A DNA stretch of 64,000 nucleotides from an uncultured Anaerolineae bacterium (GTDB lineage Bacteria; Chloroflexota; Anaerolineae; Aggregatilineales; J027): contig CAZXCU010000021.1 in the NCBI GenBank assembly GCA_964639245.1, positions 9,269 to 73,268 of the forward strand, read 5' to 3'. Positions 27,509 to 35,442 of this stretch are shown piece after piece. A model generated the notes under the pieces. It was given only the letters and a program-made list of their open reading frames with translations. It was not told where the DNA came from and searched no databases. Every line of letters starts with the position of its first letter. Positions within the stretch are counted from its first letter, which is position 1. A program made the position numbers and the translations under genes.

Positions 27509-30039
27509 ACCGCAAAGCTAAAACCACTGCTATCGAAATCACACCGCCAATAACCTTCACTCAGTTAGATCAACAGTATCGTCTTGTAAAATATCTGTTG
27601 CCTCGAATGCTTGTGCTTTACAAAGACGAACACAAATATGCCAAGATGCACAATGAAATCAAGGAAATCCTTAATGTACCATACCGAGTTTTCACTAAGG
27701 ATTATATTAATGGTTACAAGCGTTGGTCATTGTACGCCCTATTTCCTCCAAAATCTGATGCTGATGGTACAAATGGTGGTTCGGAGGCATTAGGTGAAAA
27801 AACAAGCGATTTACCAGTTCTAAATTATGATGGAGAGGCACTCTCTCCTTATCCTGTACCATTTAGCGAACCAAAGTTGCATGTACTTATAAAATTACTA
27901 CAAGTTGCTTATACCCATCACCATGAGGTGGGACAAACCACAAATCGGTTTGTTGGACGACATGAGTGCTATATATATGCAACTCGCAGTGGAGATTCCG
28001 GTGAGTATCATAAATGCTTGGAAATGGAAATCCGAGGCGATATCCAGAATGAAAACATCTTCTATATTGATGGACATTCTCGAACATTTGCCTTAGATAG
28101 TAAGATAAATGCTCAATACATCAACATCAATACATACTTCACTATGATTCCTATCAAGGATGATTTGATTATATTTAATCAGATTAAGCGAAGTGCTGTC
28201 CGAGATGCTATTAAGGATAATAAGGCTTTGCGACTGTATAAGCAAATTCGGATTCCGGGCAAAAGAACAACTCTTGATTTCCACTCCATTGACTCACAAG
28301 AAGAAACTGAGCAAACACGAGGCTATCTAATTGATACATTCATTAGGGGCTTTTCTGCCTACCTTCAAGGTTTTGGTTTTAAAGTCGAGCATATTTCTCG
28401 TGATTTTCAACGATTTGAAACCACCACCACTTCGGATTTTAAGCTCCCGGTTGCCCAACTTGGTGAGATATTCATCTACGATGTCAGATTCTCAAAATCT
28501 ATTTCGCTCCAGAAGTACCTTCAAGCATTGGTTTCTCTATATCCTAGCAATACGTTCAAAGTAACTCATTCATTGGATGAAATTGGAACTAAACCGGTGA
28601 TTATCATTCAGGATTGCGAGGCAAAAGCCTTTAAGGAGGGTATGCCGCTTTTTGGAGAGATCGATCCTCATGAAGTGATATATCAAACGTACCCCTTGAT
28701 TCCCAAGCAGTTTCTGAATGTCAACTCTAACGAGTTACGTGAGAAGAAAAAAGAGGCAGCACAAACATCTGAGGAAGAAACAGTAGCCTCAGTAGAATCT
28801 ATTGATGGTGACTTATCGCTTAACATGCCTCATTTCGATAGTGCGGATGATGAGGAAGAAGACGAGACCGTGAATCCACGAGAACGATACTTGTCCTACG
28901 ACCTCAAAAAGATTGGAGACTCACAAGCAATAATGCTAATGAATCAGCTTTTCTTGAAAGATTTGATTCTTAATCAACGAAAAGTACCAGGTCGGCTCCC
29001 CACCCTATCCACGCTTATGTATGTACATCGAGAACACCAAATTATCAAAGGTATCAGATGCAAATTTGAGGTTGCCTTGTATGTTGAGAACCATAAGACT
29101 ATTTTTCTCGATCTCGTGAATAGCGAGGAAGACAAAGAGACTTTCTATAAGCGCATTGATGCTTGGGAAGTTGATTGGGAAGGTTGCTCAACTCAGATGC
29201 GTGAACGCCGTCTTGGTGATGAAGATGGCAAGGATTTACCTGACTTTGATGTAATTGTAGGTCCCAAGCTATTTGTGGAAATTTCTAGTGGAAATGAAGC
29301 AATTCTCTATCCTTATGATGAAATTATCCGTCGTCATGAGGAACAAACTCAGACATTTGAGCTGGATGAGCTCAAACTAGCCGCAAGATATGACGAGATT
29401 ATTGATGACTCTAATCTGACAGAAGAAATGTTACAACTCTGGGGGTATCTGAAACAGCAAAGCCGAGGAGGAGTTAGGCTCAAAAAGCCAAAGAATGCAG
29501 AACATCGTGCAGCGATACAGCTTTATGAGGCGCTACATGAATATGATAATCTCCTCGAAAAATTGAAGGAGCGTTACCCAGCAATTTCATTTTATGAACT
29601 GACAACAGACGAGAATATTGTTCCACACATTGTAAAATTGTTTGGGAGTCCACAAAAACTTCAAAATACTTACAAGAAGATAAAGATGTTCCGTGGATTA
29701 CGCGAGGCTGATATGGTTTCAGTCTACACAGGGATTTGGCATACAAATGACTTAAGGTATGTTGTTGGTGATCCAAATCCTATGAATAGTAGCCAAGCAA
29801 AGGCACATCGTGTACGTCAATTCCATATCTATCAAGGTAGCGAGAATCTTGATATTACTCCATTTCTAGAAGAAATGAGCGTAACTTTCGTTCGTCTTAA
29901 CCAATATACGGTTTATCCTTATCATTTCAACCTCATTGATATATACATAGACAGTATTTTGGAACACCAATACAAACTGATAGAGGTGCTTAATTTGAAT
30001 CCAGATGATGGAATGGAGACCGATGAAGATATCCAGTAG
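27505..30039 (+). CDS. Large uncharacterised protein (844 aa), translationally coupled to the helicase-nuclease
   Basis: ATGA start/stop overlap at 27505-27508. Acidic linker SADDEEEDE. No catalytic motif recognised by eye. Confidence 0.7.
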   Translation: MNRKAKTTAIEITPPITFTQLDQQYRLVKYLLPRMLVLYKDEHKYAKMHNEIKEILNVPYRVFTKDYINGYKRWSLYALFPPKSDADGTNGGSEALGEKTSDLPVLNYDGEALSPYPVPFSEPKLHVLIKLLQVAYTHHHEVGQTTNRFVGRHECYIYATRSGDSGEYHKCLEMEIRGDIQNENIFYIDGHSRTFALDSKINAQYININTYFTMIPIKDDLIIFNQIKRSAVRDAIKDNKALRLYKQIRIPGKRTTLDFHSIDSQEETEQTRGYLIDTFIRGFSAYLQGFGFKVEHISRDFQRFETTTTSDFKLPVAQLGEIFIYDVRFSKSISLQKYLQALVSLYPSNTFKVTHSLDEIGTKPVIIIQDCEAKAFKEGMPLFGEIDPHEVIYQTYPLIPKQFLNVNSNELREKKKEAAQTSEEETVASVESIDGDLSLNMPHFDSADDEEEDETVNPRERYLSYDLKKIGDSQAIMLMNQLFLKDLILNQRKVPGRLPTLSTLMYVHREHQIIKGIRCKFEVALYVENHKTIFLDLVNSEEDKETFYKRIDAWEVDWEGCSTQMRERRLGDEDGKDLPDFDVIVGPKLFVEISSGNEAILYPYDEIIRRHEEQTQTFELDELKLAARYDEIIDDSNLTEEMLQLWGYLKQQSRGGVRLKKPKNAEHRAAIQLYEALHEYDNLLEKLKERYPAISFYELTTDENIVPHIVKLFGSPQKLQNTYKKIKMFRGLREADMVSVYTGIWHTNDLRYVVGDPNPMNSSQAKAHRVRQFHIYQGSENLDITPFLEEMSVTFVRLNQYTVYPYHFNLIDIYIDSILEHQYKLIEVLNLNPDDGMETDEDIQ

Positions 30040-30072
30040 TCACCCTCATGGAGGTCTCCCTATTTTAATTTT
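30015..30072 (+). terminator. Possible terminator of the four-gene cassette
   Basis: ggagacc (30015-30021) and ggtctcc (30052-30058) are inverted, followed by ctattttaatttt. The loop is long (~30 nt), so the call is weak. Confidence 0.3.
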
Positions 30073-30202
30073 GGGATGAACTATAGCGTGGAGTTGGGGA
30101 TTGTTCCTTGCTGCTTTCATCTTTGGTGGTAAAGGTGCTATCCCTTAGCAAAAATTTCTCCTGTAATGTTCAATCATTAAACATCCTTCTCATCCAACCT
30201 GA

Positions 30203-30219
30203 TGTACAAAAGGTGTACA
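30203..30219 (+). promoter_or_regulatory. Tandem palindromic hexamers TGTACA-N5-TGTACA (candidate RHH operator)
   Basis: TGTACA occurs at 30203-30208 and 30214-30219, 11 bp centre to centre, about 20 nt upstream of the RHH gene start. Confidence 0.3.
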
Positions 30220-30240
30220 GAGGTATATGAAAGGATTTCT

Positions 30241-30687
30241 ATGAATACAGATAATCTGACTGAATTCGTGGATTATCAGCTTACTCATCGCAGCAGCATC
30301 AGCATGACCCAAGCGATGTGGGAAAAGCTGTGCCAAGTTGTCATCAACCGCCGTGACCCCAAGTTCAAAACCAGCGACGCGGTACGTGAAGCCATTCGGT
30401 TGTATTTGGACAATGAAGAAGACCTGATAGGCAGCCGCAAACATTTCAGCAAATCCTTGCAGCGCAGTTTGAGTTTGCATGAACAAACCATGCTGTTCAC
30501 CCTGCACGCGCTCCTACTGCTGGTGGCTCGGCTGTTTGTCTATATCATCAAAAGCCGTGACGGGCGCGACCTTGATCCTCTCCTGCTGATCGAAAGCTCT
30601 ATAGTAGATAGCAAAAAGCTCTCCAAGCGACTGCTGGAAGCCGCCAATGCTGTCCGCAAAGATGAGAGCATCCAGCCGGAGTCGTAG
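30241..30687 (+). CDS. Ribbon-helix-helix (CopG/MobC-like) protein, probable relaxosome accessory factor or repressor
   Basis: ATG 30241 with an AAAGGA SD. SISMTQAMWEKL (strand) and SDAVREAIRLYL (helix) fit the RHH pattern. A later hydrophobic segment reads MLFTLHALLLLVARLFVYII. Confidence 0.55.
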   Translation: MNTDNLTEFVDYQLTHRSSISMTQAMWEKLCQVVINRRDPKFKTSDAVREAIRLYLDNEEDLIGSRKHFSKSLQRSLSLHEQTMLFTLHALLLLVARLFVYIIKSRDGRDLDPLLLIESSIVDSKKLSKRLLEAANAVRKDESIQPES

Positions 30688-30690
30688 TGA

Positions 30691-31521
30691 ATGGCAAACC
30701 CAAAAGGCAAACGGGAACGACGCGGCACGATCTGGTCGAACTTACGATGGATACACCCGCAGCGCACGGGTTATGGCACAGGTGTTCAATCACTCAAAGA
30801 AAAACTGCGGTATTTCACTTATCGGGATGACCGTGATGTGAAAGCCCCTGCTGGTGGACGGCGCTGGATCAATCATGGTTTGGGAGAGACACACCGCGAA
30901 ATATTAGAAAGTTGCCAAACTCTCACCAGTGATGATCGGCTGGCATGGAGTGTGATGCTCAGTCCCAAGCCGCGCCTGATGGCATTTATTGAAGATGAGC
31001 AAAATCGCCATGAATTTCTACAACATCTGACTGAAGAGGTGGTCGAACAGTGGTTTGAGGCACGGGGCTATGTGGACGCGAAATATTCCTATGTGATGCA
31101 CGATAGATCAACCTCCGAAGAAGGATTACAGCAACTTCATACCCACATCATTCTCCCCGGCACAGTTGAAACTTCCGCTGGACGCGAACGCTTTGATAAC
31201 CGCCCCACTGACCTGCGCGAGTTCAATGAACTGGTCGAAGACCTATTTGAGCTGCACATGGATCGTCAACTTGGAGTTAAATGGCGCGTTCAATGGGCAG
31301 CCATCCAGAGGGAAGAGGCACTCAAGAAATACTTTCAAGAGATGCAGGTGGAGGTACTCCCACCCAATCTGCCTACACTCGCCGAGGAGTTATACGCACA
31401 GGGTCTGTCAATCGAACATATTCCGCCGCAGGTCACTACCCCAGCGGCTTTCAACGCCTGGCTGATCTCACTTGATCATGATAAAGATGATCTGGATACT
31501 TGGTTTGGGAGAGGAACATGA
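30691..31521 (+). CDS. Small HUH relaxase-like protein (MobA/VirD2-type metal motif)
   Basis: YVMHDRSTSEEGLQQLHTHIILPG gives an HxD...HxH triad. Candidate catalytic Tyr lies in LRYFTYRDD. The gene sits between the RHH and T4CP genes. Confidence 0.5.
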   Translation: MANPKGKRERRGTIWSNLRWIHPQRTGYGTGVQSLKEKLRYFTYRDDRDVKAPAGGRRWINHGLGETHREILESCQTLTSDDRLAWSVMLSPKPRLMAFIEDEQNRHEFLQHLTEEVVEQWFEARGYVDAKYSYVMHDRSTSEEGLQQLHTHIILPGTVETSAGRERFDNRPTDLREFNELVEDLFELHMDRQLGVKWRVQWAAIQREEALKKYFQEMQVEVLPPNLPTLAEELYAQGLSIEHIPPQVTTPAAFNAWLISLDHDKDDLDTWFGRGT

Positions 31522-31715
31522 TCAAAAAACTGACTCATCCGACCATCATTGGCATACTGCTAGTCGGGATCGCCTTCAACATCATACTGAGTATCTTGGG
31601 ACTGTTGGGTGTCGAACTCGTGGATGCCCTCTATCTGACCCTCATGCTCCTCACCATTATTGGATCACTAACAGTACAAATGTTCATCCGATACAGTAGA
31701 AAGGTGGGTGACTGA
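31518..31715 (+). CDS. Small two-TM membrane protein
   Basis: ATG 31518 (GGGAGAGGAA SD) forms an ATGA overlap with the relaxase stop. Hydrophobic segments IIGILLVGIAFNIILSILGLLGV and LTLMLLTIIGSL. Confidence 0.5.
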   Translation: MIKKLTHPTIIGILLVGIAFNIILSILGLLGVELVDALYLTLMLLTIIGSLTVQMFIRYSRKVGD

Positions 31716-33761
31716 ATGTACTACAAAGTGTTCATCGACGGACAAGCCCTACTGGGCAGCTCCATCCTCATTGCATCCTTGCTGTGTCTGTTGCCCCTGT
31801 TAGTCATTAGCTTTGCATGGAGTTTAGGCGCAGATATACGCCGCAGTGAAGCAGGCGGACATACCCAACTGCTTCCCCGAATATGGCTGCACCTGCTCAT
31901 CACCGTATTGGTTTCTCTCATCTATATCGGCATTGCCAGCCATTTTGCAGTGGCACGCGGCTACAGCACCGACCTGACAGGTTTTCTTGAAGTCGTAGTC
32001 GGGCAGCCGCCGCGCTATGTGAACCAACCGCGCCTCCTCATTTTTGCTATTGGACATTGGATCGTCCTTTTTCTGGTGAATCTAGTCGTCTATCAGAATT
32101 TGCAGTCGGGTGGCTGGCTGCGTGGACGACTCGACCAGATGCGGAATCCACCTGTCCAGCGCGGTGAACTGGGATCATCCCATTTCTGCACTCATCGTGA
32201 GTACAAACGCTTTCGGGTGTCCAATCCTGAAGGCATGACCTTCTTTGGGGCGTTCTGGGGAGAGCGCAAAATGCGACTCGATGCTGGACAGGGCATGTTC
32301 TGTCTGAATGGCGAAGATGCCGCCCGAGGCATTCTAGCATTGGGTGGTCCGGGGTCGGGCAAGTCGCAGGGAGTTATCCTGCCCGCCATCGCGGATAACA
32401 TGATGAACCGTCACAGTCTGATCGTGGCTGACCCGCAGGGCGAACTCAAACATCATATCTTGAAGTATGCCCGTGTGACCGGGCATTTGGTGGTCATTCA
32501 TGACCCCACTGGCACGGATACCCCGCGTTTCAACCTTGCCGAGAATATCCAAACGGTCTCGGATGCGCGTGCTATTGCCGATGTGCTGGTTCCATCAGCA
32601 CAGGGGGATAACAAGTTCTGGTCGGATAGTGCCGCCGCGCTGCTGGCAGCCTGTCTCATTCGCTATCAGAACTTAGGCGAGATTTATGAGGCACTCAAAG
32701 ACCTTAAGGCGATGGCTGGGGATTTCAGTAAGCAGGTGGATGATGCAGCCCTACTAGCGAACTCATTTATTGCCAGTGTGAATTCGGATGGCAAGGTTGC
32801 CTCCAATGTGGTCGCCACCCTCGCCACTGCCTTGACAGGCTGGGCTTCCATAGAAGTGCGCCAGAACACCGCCGCCAGCGACTTCGATGCCGACCTGATT
32901 GTACAGCAGCCGACGGTAGTGGTGCTGACCTGTCCCGGACGGATGCGAGCGGTCTACGCCTCTTATCTCGGCGCAGTCCTCCGCAAATTGATGCTGGATT
33001 TGGATAGTATTGGGGAAGCGAATCAGGGTCCGCTGCCGATGCCCGTCAACATCATCTTGGATGAGTTTCCGACATTAGGCAGATTGGATAGTTTGGTGGC
33101 AGACGTGAATCTCGTTCGTAAGCGGCGCATCTCCATCCTGATTGCTGCCCAAACCAAAGGACAGTTCCACCTGATTTATGGCAATGATGGTACGCAGGCG
33201 TTATTCACCGGCTTGGCAACACAGATTGTCTATGGCGGCTGCGATGCCGAAACCGCCGAGTTCTACAGCCGTGCCTCTGGCACTGCCACCCAAAAAGATG
33301 GCGATACTGACCATCCCGCCTACCGCAGCCGCCCCCTGCTGACGGTGGATGAGGTTGTCACCCCACAGGCAGGCAATGCCACGCTCTTTGCCCGTTATGT
33401 TGATCCTGGCTATGCCACCCAGATCATCCTGACCTGCCGCCTGACCCGCCTGTACGAACGCCAGGATTGGGCAGTGCGGCTCAAGACGAGCGCAGAGCGC
33501 GAACCGATGCTGCTTGAAAGAGGCATCACCCTGCGTTTGAATGCGATGCCAACACTACCCGCCCAACCTGCGAAACTTGAAGTACCGCTCAGTCGCTTAA
33601 TTCCCAGCTTGGATGCCCATTTTGATGCCATCTACCAGAAAACACAGACCTTACCCGCTGAGCAGCGAATGCAGGCAGGTGACGACCTACTGGCAGTCGT
33701 CGCCCCCAACCATCAGGTCTTTAATGCCAGTTTGAAGGATTTACGGAGAGCCAGAGCATGA
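31716..33761 (+). CDS. Type IV secretion coupling protein (VirD4/TraG/TraD family)
   Basis: N-terminal TM helices, Walker A LGGPGSGKSQGVILP and Walker B NIILDEFPTLG. Confidence 0.8.
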   Translation: MYYKVFIDGQALLGSSILIASLLCLLPLLVISFAWSLGADIRRSEAGGHTQLLPRIWLHLLITVLVSLIYIGIASHFAVARGYSTDLTGFLEVVVGQPPRYVNQPRLLIFAIGHWIVLFLVNLVVYQNLQSGGWLRGRLDQMRNPPVQRGELGSSHFCTHREYKRFRVSNPEGMTFFGAFWGERKMRLDAGQGMFCLNGEDAARGILALGGPGSGKSQGVILPAIADNMMNRHSLIVADPQGELKHHILKYARVTGHLVVIHDPTGTDTPRFNLAENIQTVSDARAIADVLVPSAQGDNKFWSDSAAALLAACLIRYQNLGEIYEALKDLKAMAGDFSKQVDDAALLANSFIASVNSDGKVASNVVATLATALTGWASIEVRQNTAASDFDADLIVQQPTVVVLTCPGRMRAVYASYLGAVLRKLMLDLDSIGEANQGPLPMPVNIILDEFPTLGRLDSLVADVNLVRKRRISILIAAQTKGQFHLIYGNDGTQALFTGLATQIVYGGCDAETAEFYSRASGTATQKDGDTDHPAYRSRPLLTVDEVVTPQAGNATLFARYVDPGYATQIILTCRLTRLYERQDWAVRLKTSAEREPMLLERGITLRLNAMPTLPAQPAKLEVPLSRLIPSLDAHFDAIYQKTQTLPAEQRMQAGDDLLAVVAPNHQVFNASLKDLRRARA

Positions 33762-34045
33762 ACAAACAAACCACCATTCGCGCCGCTGCCCGTCAGACAG
33801 GACACACCTATTTTGAGGTGCAGACCATCCTAGAAGCCATCATCGCAGTCTGGGCAGAGGAGTTGGCAAACAAGGGACAAATTTCCATACAAGATTTCCT
33901 GACCATTAAGGTCACGGAAATCAAAACCCATCGGCGGGGCAGGCTGCGAAATCACACGCCTGATACCCAAATTCCCAAGATTGCCTTCCGCGTAGACACC
34001 CGCCTCAGTGAGCGACTCAAGAAGCGACTTCACAAAAACAATTAG
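33758..34045 (+). CDS. Divergent HU/IHF-like DNA-binding protein
   Basis: ATGA overlap with the T4CP gene. The protein is 95 aa, starts MNKQTT, and has an arm-like RRGRLRNHTPDTQIPKIAFRV segment. Confidence 0.5.
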   Translation: MNKQTTIRAAARQTGHTYFEVQTILEAIIAVWAEELANKGQISIQDFLTIKVTEIKTHRRGRLRNHTPDTQIPKIAFRVDTRLSERLKKRLHKNN

Positions 34046-34234
34046 GGTATGGGAGAATAAAAGTATGAGTAATCAAATGAGGTTGAAGTGAACCCTCCCA
34101 AATGTACCGTTATGACCTGCACGCAGACAGCGCAATATCTGGACATTACCTTTGCGTTTTAGGTTGTAAACTAAAGAATCAAGCTTCATCATCTAACATT
34201 TAATCGCTATCTACAATGTTTTAGGAGATACCTG

Positions 34235-35419
34235 ATGGGCGAATGGACTAGTCTAAGTATTGGCGGTAGTGAAGTTATGCACTTCAAGAATTACATACCT
34301 TTATTTGTTGTTCTTTTATTTGAGAAGAATGATCTTAGATTCAATTTGGAAGAAACAGGTGAACTCGATGATAACGACACACCAATTACTCAAAAGAGCT
34401 TTGAATTTCGTAATACTGTTAAAAAAGCTCGTCAAATCTTAGCTAATCGAGGAATAGATGAGGCTTTTTGTAAAAAAGCATTTAATGATTTAAAAGCGGA
34501 AGAAGTATGGGTATCAGGAGGTGATGGTGATGATTATTTCGAGGGGGATGTTCCAAATACAATAGATTATGATGTTTATAAGCAACTTCTCCGTGAAAAA
34601 CATAATTATTCCACAGACAAAGATGAATCCTATGATGAATTACGCCAGTATAGATTACTTTCAGAGCGTTTATTTGATTCAGAATTTCCAACCTTCTTTT
34701 GGGGAGATAATTACCTTGCATTTGAAGAGGTCATTGATATTGTATCGCTTCGCGTACTATTAGAGGTAGCTAAACCTGAAGATGAAGTTTCGATTTCTTT
34801 ATGGTTTTATAGAGATAATGCAGAGACGCTTTACGAAGATTACATCAATTTAATGCTGAAAAAAATCAATTTTGATTACAGTGTTTATGGATTTGTCATT
34901 GATAATGATCCTAATTTAAATAACCGTCTTCTATCTAAAATACAAAGCATCTCTGATGAGCATAAGCTCATCAATCAAATTCTTGTGCCACTTCTGAAAG
35001 CAATGGGGTTTGAAGGTGTAAAACCTGTTGCTTTCCACGGTCAAGGAGAATTTGGCAAGGATATCCTGCCGTTTAGCAAGAGGACGGAATTTGGAACAGT
35101 TAGATATCTATCATTACAAGCAAAATCAGTCAAAATACATGGCACAAACAAGAAACGTAATAATGCAGCAGAAGTAATTAATCAGACTCGTACTGCATTC
35201 GGTGTTCGCTTTAGCGATAGCACTGATAATGAGATTAAACAAATTGACGAAGCTATAATTGCAACAAATCAAGATATTACACCTGAAGCAAAACATTTTA
35301 TAGAGCAAGAGTTAATCGGAAATAGGAGGATTACATTTATTGATCGCCATAAGCTTGTTGAACTTGTGAAGAATTATAACCTTACCCAATATATATTATT
35401 CTCTATTTTGGAAGATTAA
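34235..35419 (+). CDS. Mrr-like restriction endonuclease-fold protein with an unknown N-terminal domain
   Basis: AGGAGA SD and AT-rich sequence. C-terminal LLKAMGFEGVKPVAFHGQGEFGKDILPF...YLSLQAKSVKI gives a D...QxK core, as in Mrr-type PD-(D/E)xK nucleases. Confidence 0.6.
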   Translation: MGEWTSLSIGGSEVMHFKNYIPLFVVLLFEKNDLRFNLEETGELDDNDTPITQKSFEFRNTVKKARQILANRGIDEAFCKKAFNDLKAEEVWVSGGDGDDYFEGDVPNTIDYDVYKQLLREKHNYSTDKDESYDELRQYRLLSERLFDSEFPTFFWGDNYLAFEEVIDIVSLRVLLEVAKPEDEVSISLWFYRDNAETLYEDYINLMLKKINFDYSVYGFVIDNDPNLNNRLLSKIQSISDEHKLINQILVPLLKAMGFEGVKPVAFHGQGEFGKDILPFSKRTEFGTVRYLSLQAKSVKIHGTNKKRNNAAEVINQTRTAFGVRFSDSTDNEIKQIDEAIIATNQDITPEAKHFIEQELIGNRRITFIDRHKLVELVKNYNLTQYILFSILED

Positions 35420-35442
35420 CTTAGCATAATATAGAGCTTCAC

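Noticed and set aside
27505-30039. Possibility that the 844-aa protein is a prokaryotic Argonaute or PIWI-like protein.
   Set aside because: I could not locate a DEDX/RNase H catalytic arrangement or a MID 5'-end pocket by eye. The IYDV / IIIQD pair lies mid-protein with atypical spacing. This is kept only as a hypothesis to test within the cassette finding.
14670-30150. A shared 8-mer ccttagca near both edges of the 15-kb AT-rich island (about 14671 and about 30143) as possible att-like direct repeats.
   Set aside because: The match is only 8 bp, which is within chance expectation over these intervals, and no recombinase gene is adjacent.
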